Source: Intoshia linei (lineage: Eukaryota; Animalia; Orthonectida). Taken from it: DNA of 36,794 nucleotides. Below the pieces are notes generated by a model. The model was not told the origin of the DNA. It worked only from the letters and a program-made list of their open reading frames with translations, and ran no database searches. Made by a program: the position numbers and the translations under genes. The stretch is from contig LWCA01000247.1 of NCBI GenBank assembly GCA_001642005.1, positions 1 through 36,794 on the forward strand. Direction: 5' to 3'. The first letter of the stretch is position 1. Each line of letters starts with the position of its first letter. Shown piece after piece: positions 1 through 11,231 of the stretch.

Positions 1-199
1 TTGCTTTGAAAAATTATTTTGGCCCACTGTCAGTGACACAGGAGGCTAATCGGTAAAAACTCATAACTAATATATTCGAATGTTATATAATATACTAATT
101 AAGTTAATTTTTCATATTTAATTAACTTTGTTGCAATTTGATACGTGTTTCTATAAATGTAATGTTGTGTGACCATATGGTCACACTGGGAGTATATGG

Positions 200-1590
200 G
201 TTAATAATAAAAGATAAAAAAATATTAATTGACGAAGATGAAAATTTTCTTCAAATGCAAATTGATTCTAACAGAGAAAGTGGAGCGTGTTCTAGTAGTT
301 TTTGCATATCTTATTTACAAACTTAACAACTATTACAACCAAAAAATTTTTATTTCCGTTTTGAATCGAAAGTAGAACCATATTTTGACAATTCTTTCGA
401 TGAAAATTATTATCCTCTCTATAAAGTTTCCACAAATAAATCAATAAAATGTGAAAAGTTAGCTAAAGCCTCATTATCTACAAATGTTTTCCCTCGTAAA
501 GTCAAGAAAATAATTTTAATTGGAACTAAAATAGATGTACCATCTAAAAGTTGCATTTTCAAGGCACAAATTAAATAATTAAATATGATAAAGCCTAAAA
601 TTAAAAATATGTTAACATTATTTAAAGGTGATTTATGTCTATATTTTGACGGAAAAAGGACCCCAAGTTATCAAAACTTGATTAAATATGTGGAGCATTT
701 TGTTGTATGTGTGTCAAGTAATATAGATAAAGGATTATCCTTTTGTATTTTTCTAAAAACATTAGTAAATGGAAAAGGTAAAACTATGCATGCCAATACA
801 AAAAAGATAAATGGGACAGCAATGCTTATATGAAAGCTGTCGCTTTCACGTTCTGGGTCTAATTATCAAACTTCTCTTAAATGTATATTTAAAATGACAC
901 AGAATGTCCAAATATAAACTTCCCATTTGTTGCATTTGTTCGAACAAATTTTGAAAACCTTAATTATAACTATGTTATAATAACAAACATTAAAAATATC
1001 ATTAATATTGAAGGTATATGGAGAAATGATTATTTAGAGTTATATGATCTCACCAATGCTTACTGAACTCAACGATCTGAAAAAAAAATCCAAAAATATC
1101 ATTCAAATATCCAGGATCTATATTCAATGCAAGATGGAACACAAAGGCAATTAACGCTATTAAAGCAAAGCTAATCTTAGGAATGAGAGACGCTAAGATG
1201 GTCGAGGCATGTGATTTTATTTGTTCATATTGTGTAAAATGCTTATTCAATTGTAGGTAATTATTAATATTATTTTATATATCGAAAATTATCATAAAAC
1301 TAATATTAGATATTTCGAAGTGGCCGATTGGGGTGAAATTTCGAATTATTTAAATGGAAAAAATATGTTACTGCAAGTCAATGTCTAAAACGACATTGGA
1401 ATGTAAAGTTAAAACCCATAAAAATAATATAATATAACGAAATATCGGAACGAGCTCTTGTCCAAATGGAAATTATAAGATCAACAGTTAGAACCGATAA
1501 AAAATTGGAGTTAAAACTGTTGTACATTTCCAATGTTCAGTAAAATATACTTTTTCTAATTCAAAAAAAGTGTCAAAAGTGGATACCCTA
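200..1590 (+). mobile_element. Degenerate hAT-superfamily (hATm-like / 'cc8K15.2-like') transposase remnant with a right-hand terminal repeat
   Basis: Broken frames give LCLYFDGKR...VEHFVVCVSS (585-833 ORF), ANTKKINGTAML, RNDYLELYDL (~1022-1051) and FKYPGSIFNARWNTKAINAIK (~1102-1164). These match the family motifs HWDGK / SNTG..GA / RDDY.EL.EL / PGA.H.ARWMAKAIY.LK. Multiple stops and frameshifts. Terminus AAAAGTGGATACCCTA ends at 1590 and resembles the TAGGGTGTCCAC MITE ends elsewhere in the window. Left boundary uncertain. Confidence 0.65.
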
Positions 1591-1904
1591 ATGACATTAT
1601 ATGAATGGCGATAATAATATAATTAAAAGTTTCGATATTCCCCACTCAATGTTTGTTCAAACAAAATTGTCGTGTTCATATTGAGCTGAGTTCATATTCT
1701 AGAACGTTCATATATAACAGAATCGACGGTATATTATTATCGCCATTCATATATGTTCATATTACAGTATAGTATGAATACAATGAAAACCTGGTCCCTG
1801 GATGTTCATATATAACATAATCGACTGTATACGGTAACACCTTTAATTTTATACAAGTAAAGGATAAATTTCATTGGTTCAACTTTTTGACTGTTCCAAT
1901 TTAG

Positions 1905-4900
1905 GTGTAGGATTTGCTTGTGTATTAATAGCATTATATGTGAGCTTTTATTACAATGTAATTATTGCTTGGTCAATTTTCTATGTATATTGCTCGTTCC
2001 AAAACCCGCTACCATGGACAACGTGTGGAAATTACTGGAATTCAAAAAACTGTCAATCAAATTCTACGAATCATCAAACCAATCATACTTTTCCGACGGA
2101 TGAATTTTTCGAGTAAATTGTGTTATTTATATCATTTTATCACACTGATACCTATTATGTATTATATAGTTATATTTAACATTCATATCATTATTTACAT
2201 TTATTTTAAGGCGATACGTTTTACAGCTCAACAAAAGTAACGGACTTGATAATATTGGACTACCAGATTATAGAATTATGATTTGTTTATTGATTACATA
2301 CTTTTTTCATTTCATGATTTTGTGCAAAGGTGTTAGATCATCTGGAAAGGTTTAAGTGAACCCAGAGCCGTGTAGAGGTTTCCCATTATTTCCATTTACC
2401 AATTTTCCAATGAAATACAATTAAATTAAAAACATAATTTGTGGTACACGGTTTATTTAGTAGAAATTTAGTTAAATGGGTACATAAAAGGATATAGTTT
2501 TTCAAATTTGATCATTTCACCGTGTTCTCAGACGGATATTGAATCTCACACGGCACTGCGTGAACCATAAAGTCATTTATTCTGATATTTATTATACAAT
2601 ATATTTATGATAAATATTTTAGGCCGTATGGATAACTGCTACACTACCATATGTTATATTAGTCGTACTTCTTGTTAGAGGTGTGTTATTACCAGGGTCA
2701 ACTGATGGAATTTTATACTTTATAACACCAAATCTATCAAGATTAAAAGATATTAATGTACATTTTACATGTCCATCTATTTCAGTTTCAAATTTTTATT
2801 TTGATTTAGGTGTGGATTGATGCAGCGATACAAGTTTTTTATTCAGTTGGAGCAGGGTTTGGCGTACATGTTACGTTTGCCAGTTATAACAATAGGAATA
2901 AAAATTTTATCAGGTAAAATTAGTTTTCACGATATTTAATTGATACGGCCCAAGGAATACTGCAGCCCTACTTGGATACTTAATAATTTTTGGTATATTT
3001 TTATCGATGGCAAAAATTTATTCATATTACATTTTTTAGTTTATCCCGGTAGCTGAAAAAATATGAATAGCTTTCATACATTACAATGCATTGTATTGCA
3101 ATTTTTCATTTTTTTCATAGATTTCATTCCTATTTACATTATTTAAATTCATTTTAAGTGTAAATTGTACATTGACAAAAATAAATAAATAAAAACAATA
3201 TTAAATACATTATAATTACATTAGAGACTGCATAATAACGTGCCTTGTCAATACGTTTACAAGTTTACTAGCTGGAATTGTGGTATTTAGCTATTTGGGC
3301 CATTTAACGGTTATCAGAAATGGTCAAAATATTAAAAATGTTGCTATTCAAGGTTTTAATTGCATTTTATGTTATAATTATATAATAATGTGTATCTATA
3401 TTATAAATACTCTATTAAGCAAGATTTTATAATATTTTTTAACTTTAGCACCCCAAGTTGGTGAAATTAGATTCGTCGCCATATAATGCATTTATTAATT
3501 AAATTTAATTTAATTTTTGGTTCGTTTTTTTATAGTGTTGTGGATTAAGATATGACCTATAAACGAAGTACATGTACCTTAGGGTGTTACATTTTTTCGA
3601 AAATTTTAGAATTTGATAAGCAATTTTAACAGTTTTAGAAACAATTTTAAACGTGATACCGACTTTATAATATTGTTCTCCATGTTTAGTTATACAGTTT
3701 ATTTTTTTAAATTTGTTTCTAGCTCAATTGTTTTGAATTTTATTAACGATGTAATTTTTCGAATTCTGGCTATTTATATTATTTAAATGTATTCAATGCA
3801 TAATATAAATTGCTTATTATGAACTATGATATGATATCGAACTTAAATTATAAAAATTGTTATTTACAATTATTTAACAAATAAATTATTGATGTTAAAA
3901 ATATAATTATTTTCAATTTTCTAGGGTGTGCGGCGCACACCTTACACACTATGACGCTACGCCACTGCCTAATGTACATAATGTAGTAGTTTTCGTACAT
4001 TTTGATGCACAAATTCAGTATATAGATAAACAGAGTTGTTTATGTAATTACCCAATAGCTTTAATGCAATGCATAATATATCTGAGTACACAACACTGTA
4101 AAAAACGGTTTTTGAAAATAATTGAGTTATTAATTTTTTAAATACAACAATTGGCAAAAAGGAACTCAGATAAGTTCATCTATAATAAAAAGTATAAAAC
4201 TAAAAATAATATAAATAGAAATAAACATAGATTCGACTTTAGGGTATGCAATTATATGACTAATCACTCTGCCATATGTAAAAAATAGTCAATAGGGTGT
4301 CAATTTTTTAGAAGAATTGTCGAATTTCGTTGATCTCGTTCTAATCGAGTGATTCATTAATACAATTGACACCCTAATTGTATCAGTACATAAGTAGTTT
4401 TGTATATGGTTTTTATTACTTTGGATTTTATTTGTTAAGAAAATCATACATTACATTACAATTTTAATGTTTTTATAGAGATTACAAAGACAAAGTGTAT
4501 ACCGAAAAATTTTGAAATACATTTATAAATATATATTATAGGTCCCGGTTTGGTATTTTCTATATACCCGGAAGCAGTATCAAAATTAGAATTTCCATCA
4601 TTTTGGGCAATATTTTTCTTTCTAATGTTGATTTCATTAGGGATCGATAGTGCCGTAATATTTTCTACTAATACATTAAAAATCACGCTAAACGGATTTA
4701 TTATACTGTCAGGCCTGTCAAGACCGCACTATATTTCCATTTTATAACAAAGTTATCAGAAATTTTATAATCATTTTACTATATGACTGCATATACAATG
4801 TAATTATACAAACATGGTAACTGTATATGTGATATATTTTCTATAATGTTATACCCTTAATATCTCAATAAATATTGAAATAACAAAATGGTATTGAGTA

Positions 4901-7900
4901 ACGGTATTGAGTGGTCTGACTGTATATAAAGTTAAAATAGCTAAAAATATGACTTTTTTAATCCATAATTATTAAGTATGTATTAAAATGTATTATTATA
5001 ATAAAAACTAGGTTGACTGTTATGTACTACGTACAAACAGGACCTAGCTCTGCCGGGGCACATTTTATATTATGCTTAAAAAATAAATTCACGTTGAAAA
5101 TCTATTTTAAAAATGTTACTATTATCAATCCTTTAAAGGAGTGGTTCCCAAATTTGTGTATGGTGGAACCATCATATCACATTATTTTTTACTTTAAATT
5201 GAATTATTCCATCTTAATTTTTTGTTTTTTAACCTTTTAAAAATAAAGTAAAAACCATCAAATCCTAAAAATTGTCATAAATAGCATAAATTCCAGAAAA
5301 AATACAATTATAAAAACCGATTTTGTGATTTTCAATGTGATGATATATATTCAGTATCAATTTAATCAATACTTAAATGTATTATAAATAATGTATCAAT
5401 AATTAGCCGAATCTTCACTTTATAAACATTTTAGTAGAATTTTACCATATTTAAAAAGGATTGTAATAAATATAAAAATAATATTAACAATGTTGTTTTA
5501 GTTTTGTTGTTTAGTTTCTATTTAAATTTATTCAAAATGTTTTGAAAATAAGAATTTGAAATTTAAAAATTGCGTAGCAGTGAAAAAAATTCCAAAGGAA
5601 TGAATTATATAGATTTTCACACATATGTCTTTATTGGAAACATGTAGACTCACTGCACAATTTTTTTTGAAATTTTAGGATCAATATTTACATTTTCAAT
5701 TTTTGATTTTAATCGAAATATTTGAAAAATATTGGTTGATAATATATTAAAAATTATTTTTCATCGGGAATGCGTAGATTTCTCGGGTTCAACTTTTGTA
5801 TTTATATTAACTGGAATACGCTCTATCAGAATAATTTTTTTTTTTAATTTTTGGACTGTTAATTATTTCACATTTTTTGTTTTAATAAAATATTTTGAAA
5901 AAAAAATATGAATACTAAAATGCTTTTTTGACCGTGATGTCGTCACTTATTCGAATTGAAATTTTTTATGTGTGTTAACAAGATACAACTGTACCACCTG
6001 TAAATTTTTTAAAATTATAGGGCTGTTTTCATTAAAAAAAGAAGGGTAATTTGTGGTTTTGACCCTGAAAATATAATTTTTTTAAATTTAGATATATGAT
6101 AATGTTTATGATTTTAAAATCCGTATCAGCATATATATATTTTTTTAAATTCTCCAACTCGTATGATTTTTAAAAAGAGGGACAAATGGGGTTTTTGACC
6201 CGTAAGATGTGAGTTTGGGAGGTTGAAATTTATTTTATTATACATCCCGGAAAAAACTGTAATTGAAATGTGGAATTTATAAAATTCTAAGACGGGTAGT
6301 TATTTAAATAAAGCTGGACACACACACACACAAACAAAAATAGCGTAGCATATTATATAAGTTAGGATAAATAAAAAAAAACTAGCTAGAATATTGTAAA
6401 TGCACCAATTTTGGTAGATTTTTTAAAAAATTAGAATTCTGATAAATTTGAACCACTGAAATTGAAACAAAAAACAAAAAAAAATTGTTTCTAAACCTTT
6501 TTGCCTGGTCAGACTATGAAACATTTAAAAAAAATTGTGCCAAGCAAATAAAAAAATAGTAAACATTTTATATTTGTTAGCGTTTACTGGAAATCTTTAC
6601 TATGGTCTAAGATTTTGCAAAGCAAAGCTGCAAATTTAAGAAAAAAAGTTTTTCAGTAAAAAACAAAAAAATTGGATTTAACTTATTAATTACTGATTGA
6701 TCTAACTTAAGTTTGATCTATATACATTTTAGCGACATCAGTTTGAGGAAATTAATTCCTCATCCAACATAATTTTTATGGAAAATAAAATTCTGCCAAT
6801 CTTCTTATGATAATTAACATTACAGCAATGATGCCAACCTTTTTTCGTTCCTCGACAGCATTGAAATTCAATTTCAATTAAAACTATCAAAACGTTTTTC
6901 AATTTTTTTCGAACATTGTCGACATCTCTTCAGATTTTCGAGATCCCGGTTGAACCACGTAAATACCAATAAACAATAATGGATGATTTTTCATACTTTG
7001 ATCAATTTACTTCAAATTCGCAAAGCAGCAATGTTAGTAATTTTAGTAGGCCTTCGTATTACAATTAATTATTATTGTAGTATATTTCCTTATTGTCAAT
7101 GCACAATGTGCATGAGATACATGATACAACTGTACACCTGTACATTTTTTATTAATTAAATTATTATTAATGTAATGTAAATTGTATATTAATACAAATT
7201 ATTATTATATGCATTTTTACGTAGATGGGCGGATTTGAAGCAATTATTACTGCCGTCACGGATGAACTGTCACAATACAATTATTTTATGAAACACAAAA
7301 AATACTGCAGATATGTTGTCACATTTTTTGCTGTAACGATTTCATTTTTCTTTTCTCTACCCAACATTACCTATGTAAGTTATATTTACAGTCGATGCTG
7401 CCCTTTAAAAATATGTCAATATGAACTCTGATTAATGTGATCATTAGGGTGTTTTACAATTTTCCAAATTTTAGGGTATATTTTGTTTCCATTAATTTAT
7501 GAAATGAAAAATAATTACGAACTTCATTTTAAGGTTTATCTATAGTTTTTGGGGTTAATTGTAAGGAATCCATACATTACTAAAATGCAAAATAAATGAG
7601 CTAGAACTGAATTTAAGAAAGAAAAATGTACCATAAAACATGGTAAAACCATCAAAGACCTCAGATACATATAAACCTAAAAAATGCTGGAAATATATCA
7701 AATAAACTTATTTTTTGTATTTATCTTTACCCTTTTATATTAATTTCAACAATTGCATTTGTAAAGGCTAAATATTAATCGATCTAAATTTTTTTGATAA
7801 ATTTTTAAAATCAAAAATAAAAATCATGTAAAAACGGCTATTTAAAACTAAAAATATCAAAAGTGAACACCCTAATAACATATAATCATAAATATTAATA

Positions 7901-10856
7901 ATTTACTCTATTTTAACATAGGGAGGTATATACATCTTCTATTTATGGGATAAATTTGCTGCTGGAACGTCCATATTAACGGTCTGTTTTATGTTTTCAA
8001 TTGCAATGTTTTGGTTTTATGGTATTATTTATGAATATATCCTTAGATATAATGTATTTAAATTAAAAATTGCTAAAAAATCAGTGTGCAATCATTTATA
8101 TAGAAAATTGACATTTGCAGAAATTAAAAAAGCACAATTTTTAAATTAGATTTTACGGTGAATAAAGTAAGATTTAATTCAAACTCAGAAATTTTTATCT
8201 TCACTTTCAAAAACCCAAATTATCTTTTTTTTAGAGAAATGGACAAAATTAATATTTCTATACTTTTTACAGTTTAATCATTAAATATACGTAGTATAGT
8301 TTTTTTATCATTTTTTAAAATTTAAATAAATTTTTCATCGTTACGGACAGATAAAAAACGGAAATTACGGCACAGGCGTGGATCTACGTTGAAATATTTA
8401 AATGTGCGACACACTGTGACTATATTTTTAGATTTTCTAAATCGAATATAAATCCTAGCGCTAGAAAGATTCAAAAAATTAAATATCTAATAATTATTAT
8501 AATGTAAATGCATCAGTTTTTTTTCACGTGTATTTAAATGCCTAATAATACAATTTACCCATTTAATACAAATATTCAATAATACAACACTATATAATAA
8601 ATTATCAATTTAGGAATAAATAACTTGTCAAAGAATATAAAACAAATGGTTGGATACTATCCAAATATATTTATTAGAATATGCTGGAAATTTATCAGTC
8701 CTACCGTTATTTTGGTATAATTATTATATGATACTAGGTTGACTGTTATGTACTACGTACAAACAGTCATACCGTCATATCACATTAATTTTTACTTTAA
8801 GCTATTTTAACAATTTTTAGGAATTACTATTTTTGCTTTATTTTTAAGATTATACATTCATTATCTCTAATAAATTGAATAAATGGGATCACAAAATTGT
8901 TTTTAAAATTCTATACAAAAATGCTAGCCATATAAAATTAAGTAGGAATTATTCATTTTATATTAAAAGGTAATGTGAAATTCAAGTTTAGGAATGACTT
9001 CTTTAAATGAGTGTTAATAATGATTGGCATTTTTAATTAATATTTTATTATTGAATTTATTTTTTTGGTAGAATGAAATAAGTCCGCCCTCTGAAGAGCT
9101 AGGTGCTGTTTTGTACTACGTACAAAACAGGCAAGCTTGTATATTATATACGTGGCTTGCTTTAGAAAAATGGTATATATCAGGATGCCAAACATGTCGA
9201 TCACAGATAATTTTCTAGTCGATTGACAAAATTAGAATTAATTTTTTATTTTATTATTATTTATTTTTACTCATTAAAATTATCTTAATTTAATATTGAT
9301 AAAACTTAATTGTAATTATATATTGTTAAAAAGTAGTTAATTATATGTGAAGTGGATACCGGAAATTTACGTATTTAACCTTTTCTCTATCAATATTATT
9401 AAATGGTATACTTGCTACATTAAATTGTAACCTTTGGATTAGTCCACTATTTCTTATAGTAAGTTTTGCCGATAATTTTTAAATATACAGCGAAAGTGCT
9501 TCGAATTATTCCGAATTTTAATTTGTAACATATGTTCCGATCAGAAACATTTTTCTAGTCAATGTATTAGTCAATCACATCAAAAAAGATTGGATACCCC
9601 TGTATATATTATATAAAGTTTCTTAGCGTAATGAATAATTTTGGTTCAGAGTTGTTTTATATTAAAAATTAATTCAATTGATGTATACGGTATTTATTTT
9701 CAGATATTAATAATAGCCAGTTTTATATCCAACGATGAGTTGATATACGAATCTTCATCAGTTGGTACATTCAAATATCCTGTTTGGATTATAGTGATTG
9801 GATGGCTCATTTCTGCATCATCGATTTTGGCCATACCATTGTATGCTATATATATGTATTTTACTTTCAGTGGAACACCCAGAATGGTATATTTATTATT
9901 TAATCTATACATTAGGACAGTGTTTCTTAACTTGACCTTTTTTATTTCAGGATTCATCTTAAATTATCACAAGGTAAAAACACATCTATATTCGAAAATG
10001 TGCAAAGTTGAAATCATAATAATACAAAAATACTTCTACAGGCAGACCTCTCAATACCGCTATTTTGGTTTTTCTACATTTATGGAGGTATCAAGTGTTT
10101 GCCGTTATTGAGAGTATAACGGTGTAGCAAATAGATCATGTATATGGTTAATATGTATTAATAAGCATTCATTTAATAAAATAATAATAGATTAAATTTC
10201 ATTCATCTAACAAATGTGTTTTTTAACCTTTACGAGACCATGGTGATTTTCAAAATTGAAACCCAAAAAATTTCACTTTTGAAGCTTAAAATTCACAACT
10301 TTCCAATGTCATTATCTTTATGATCAAATTAAATTTGGCTTTAATATTTAGCTGAGAAAAACAAAAAGTATTCAATTTATGACACGCAATTATATAATCA
10401 CATCTCGTATATTGGATTTTCACACATGTTTCACTTCACTGCCTACTTTCATTACGCACTTGAACTCTACTCATGGCGCACTAGTTCGCCGCGACGTACC
10501 GGTTAAGAATCACTGCATTATGGTGTCCACTTTTGATGTGTTTATTTTTTTTATTACAAAGCTTATTTGCACGTGGATATCTTTTTTGATTTTAATCATC
10601 CAGGTGCAAAATAGGTACTTCTAATAAAAAAAAGTGGACACCCTACATTTTATAATTAATTACAGTAATATTGAAATAAAAAAAACTAAAACAATAATGC
10701 ATTTTGTTAATATTTTAGAGAATAGCGTTGATGATATCACCAGAATATGAACATGATCAAATTAAAAAAAATGGGGTTGCAGAGAGATTAAAGGTTCGTT
10801 ATACTATAAATTTTACAATTTAATTAATTTAGTTAAAGCATTGGATATCAATATAA
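1905..10856 (+). CDS. SLC6 Na+/Cl--dependent monoamine transporter (octopamine transporter / noradrenaline-dopamine transporter clade), 5'-partial, 12 coding exons
   Basis: Exons: 1905-2112, 2211-2349, 2623-2757, 2810-2913, 3225-3352, 4542-4654, 7225-7374, 7922-8021, 8614-8714, 9704-9886, 10719-10793, 10833-10856 (TAA 10854-10856). All are GT-AG and phase-compatible, ~486 aa. Motifs: [105 protein letters not shown]-terminal LKHWISI*. TM1-2 exons are not in the window. Confidence 0.96.
2363..2558. mobile_element. hAT-type MITE (196 bp) in SLC6 intron
   Basis: Imperfect TIRs CAGAGCCGTGTAGAG / CTCACACGGCACTG. 8-bp TSD AGTGAACC (2355-2362) / CGTGAACC (2559-2566). Confidence 0.8.
3580..3800. mobile_element. 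Truncated TAGGGTG-family hAT MITE
   Basis: Starts TAGGGTGTTACATTTTTT. About 80 nt (3645-3724) are essentially identical to 21431-21510 inside the complete copy at 21224-21661. Confidence 0.7.
4293..4376. mobile_element. Minimal TAGGGTG-family MITE (84 bp)
   Basis: Perfect 13-bp TIR TAGGGTGTCAATT / AATTGACACCCTA. TSD poorly conserved. Confidence 0.65.
4706..4922. mobile_element. Tc1/mariner-pogo-type MITE (TA flanks)
   Basis: Imperfect ~21-bp TIR, consensus CAGTCAGACCTCTCAATACCG, flanked by TA on both sides. Related ends at ~10037-10126 and ~14742-14763. Confidence 0.7.
5008..6367 (-). mobile_element. Non-autonomous Helitron, apparently full length (1,360 bp)
   Basis: On the minus strand: 5' TC at 6367-6366 after an A, a (TG)n/TTTG microsatellite near the 5' end (~6317-6336), a 3' hairpin CTGTTTGTAC-GTA-GTACATAACAG (5017-5040), then terminal CTAG (5011-5008) followed by T. 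This is the canonical A^T insertion with no TSD. Confidence 0.8.
7445..7874. mobile_element. TAGGGTG-family hAT MITE
   Basis: TAGGGTGTTTTAC at 7445 and GTGAACACCCTA ending at 7874. It fills most of the intron. TSD degraded. Confidence 0.6.
8734..9139. mobile_element. Two Helitron 3' ends in opposite orientation
   Basis: Minus-strand CTAG plus hairpin at 8734-8766. Plus-strand perfect 11-bp-stem hairpin CTGTTTTGTAC-TAC-GTACAAAACAG at 9106-9130, then CTTG|T at 9136-9140. 8985-9130 is a reverse copy of 5017-5155. Confidence 0.7.
9181..9602. mobile_element. hAT-type MITE
   Basis: Degenerate TIR CAGGATGCCAA / TTGGATACCCCTG with GTATATAT-like flanks (9173-9180 and ~9602-9609). Confidence 0.5.
10519..10645. 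mobile_element. TAGGGTGTCCAC-family hAT MITE (127 bp)
   Basis: TIR TATGGTGTCCACTTTT / AAAAGTGGACACCCTA (15/16). Weak TSD CACTGCAT / CATTTTAT. Confidence 0.65.
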
Positions 10857-10925
10857 ATTTATTAATTCATTAAATGTATTAAACTATTATTCTATGGACA
10901 TTTATATTAAGGGCTGATAAACTTT

Positions 10926-11231
10926 TTAAAATTTGGCATCCCTTGTAAGGTGGTTTCTTTCTCTTATCGAGGAGGATTGATTCCACGTGCGGATCTCTCT
11001 CTTAATTGCTACATAAGAGTCTGCCGTTCCTGAACGTTTGAGACGAAGTCTTGCTCTATCGCCGATACTTAATTTGAGTAACGCTACTTTTTTCTCTTTG
11101 CTCATTTTCTCTTCCCTATCATTTGCAAGCGTGACAGTTAATTCAAATTTTTCTATCCAATCCTTTGGATTTTCTCTGAATTTTCCAAACTTATCAAATA
11201 ATTCTGGTAGTGGTTTCAATATATTGTTCAT
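10926..11231 (-). mobile_element. Gag-like N-terminal ORF (Ty3/Gypsy-type LTR retrotransposon fragment), 101 aa
   Basis: Uninterrupted ATG-to-stop ORF with charged, coding-like composition. NPKDWIEKFE...KKVALLKLSIGDRA...DSYVAIK resembles the W..FE...KVA.LL..IG..A...Y..L pattern of retrotransposon Gag. No LTR, PBS or pol seen. Confidence 0.55.

Noticed and set aside
21-31. GGCCCACTGTC resembling a Transib/RSS heptamer end (CACAGTG)
   Set aside because: One mismatch at the critical terminal base, and no partner end or 5-bp TSD visible in the window.
1670-1832. Repeated GTTCATATATAAC..AATCGAC(G/T)GTA motifs, superficially CRISPR-like
   Set aside because: Only 2-4 degenerate copies in eukaryotic intron DNA with no cas genes. 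Best explained as duplicated subterminal ends of a TA-flanked MITE.
5013-5240. Similar short ORFs at 5013-5240 and 12272-12460 suggesting a duplicated small gene
   Set aside because: Both are chance frames across Helitron 3' ends, start at TTG, and are not conserved in other copies.
6500-7070. Coding-like composition on the minus strand
   Set aside because: All frames I read are broken and show no recognisable motif. Probably an old TE, but unsupported.
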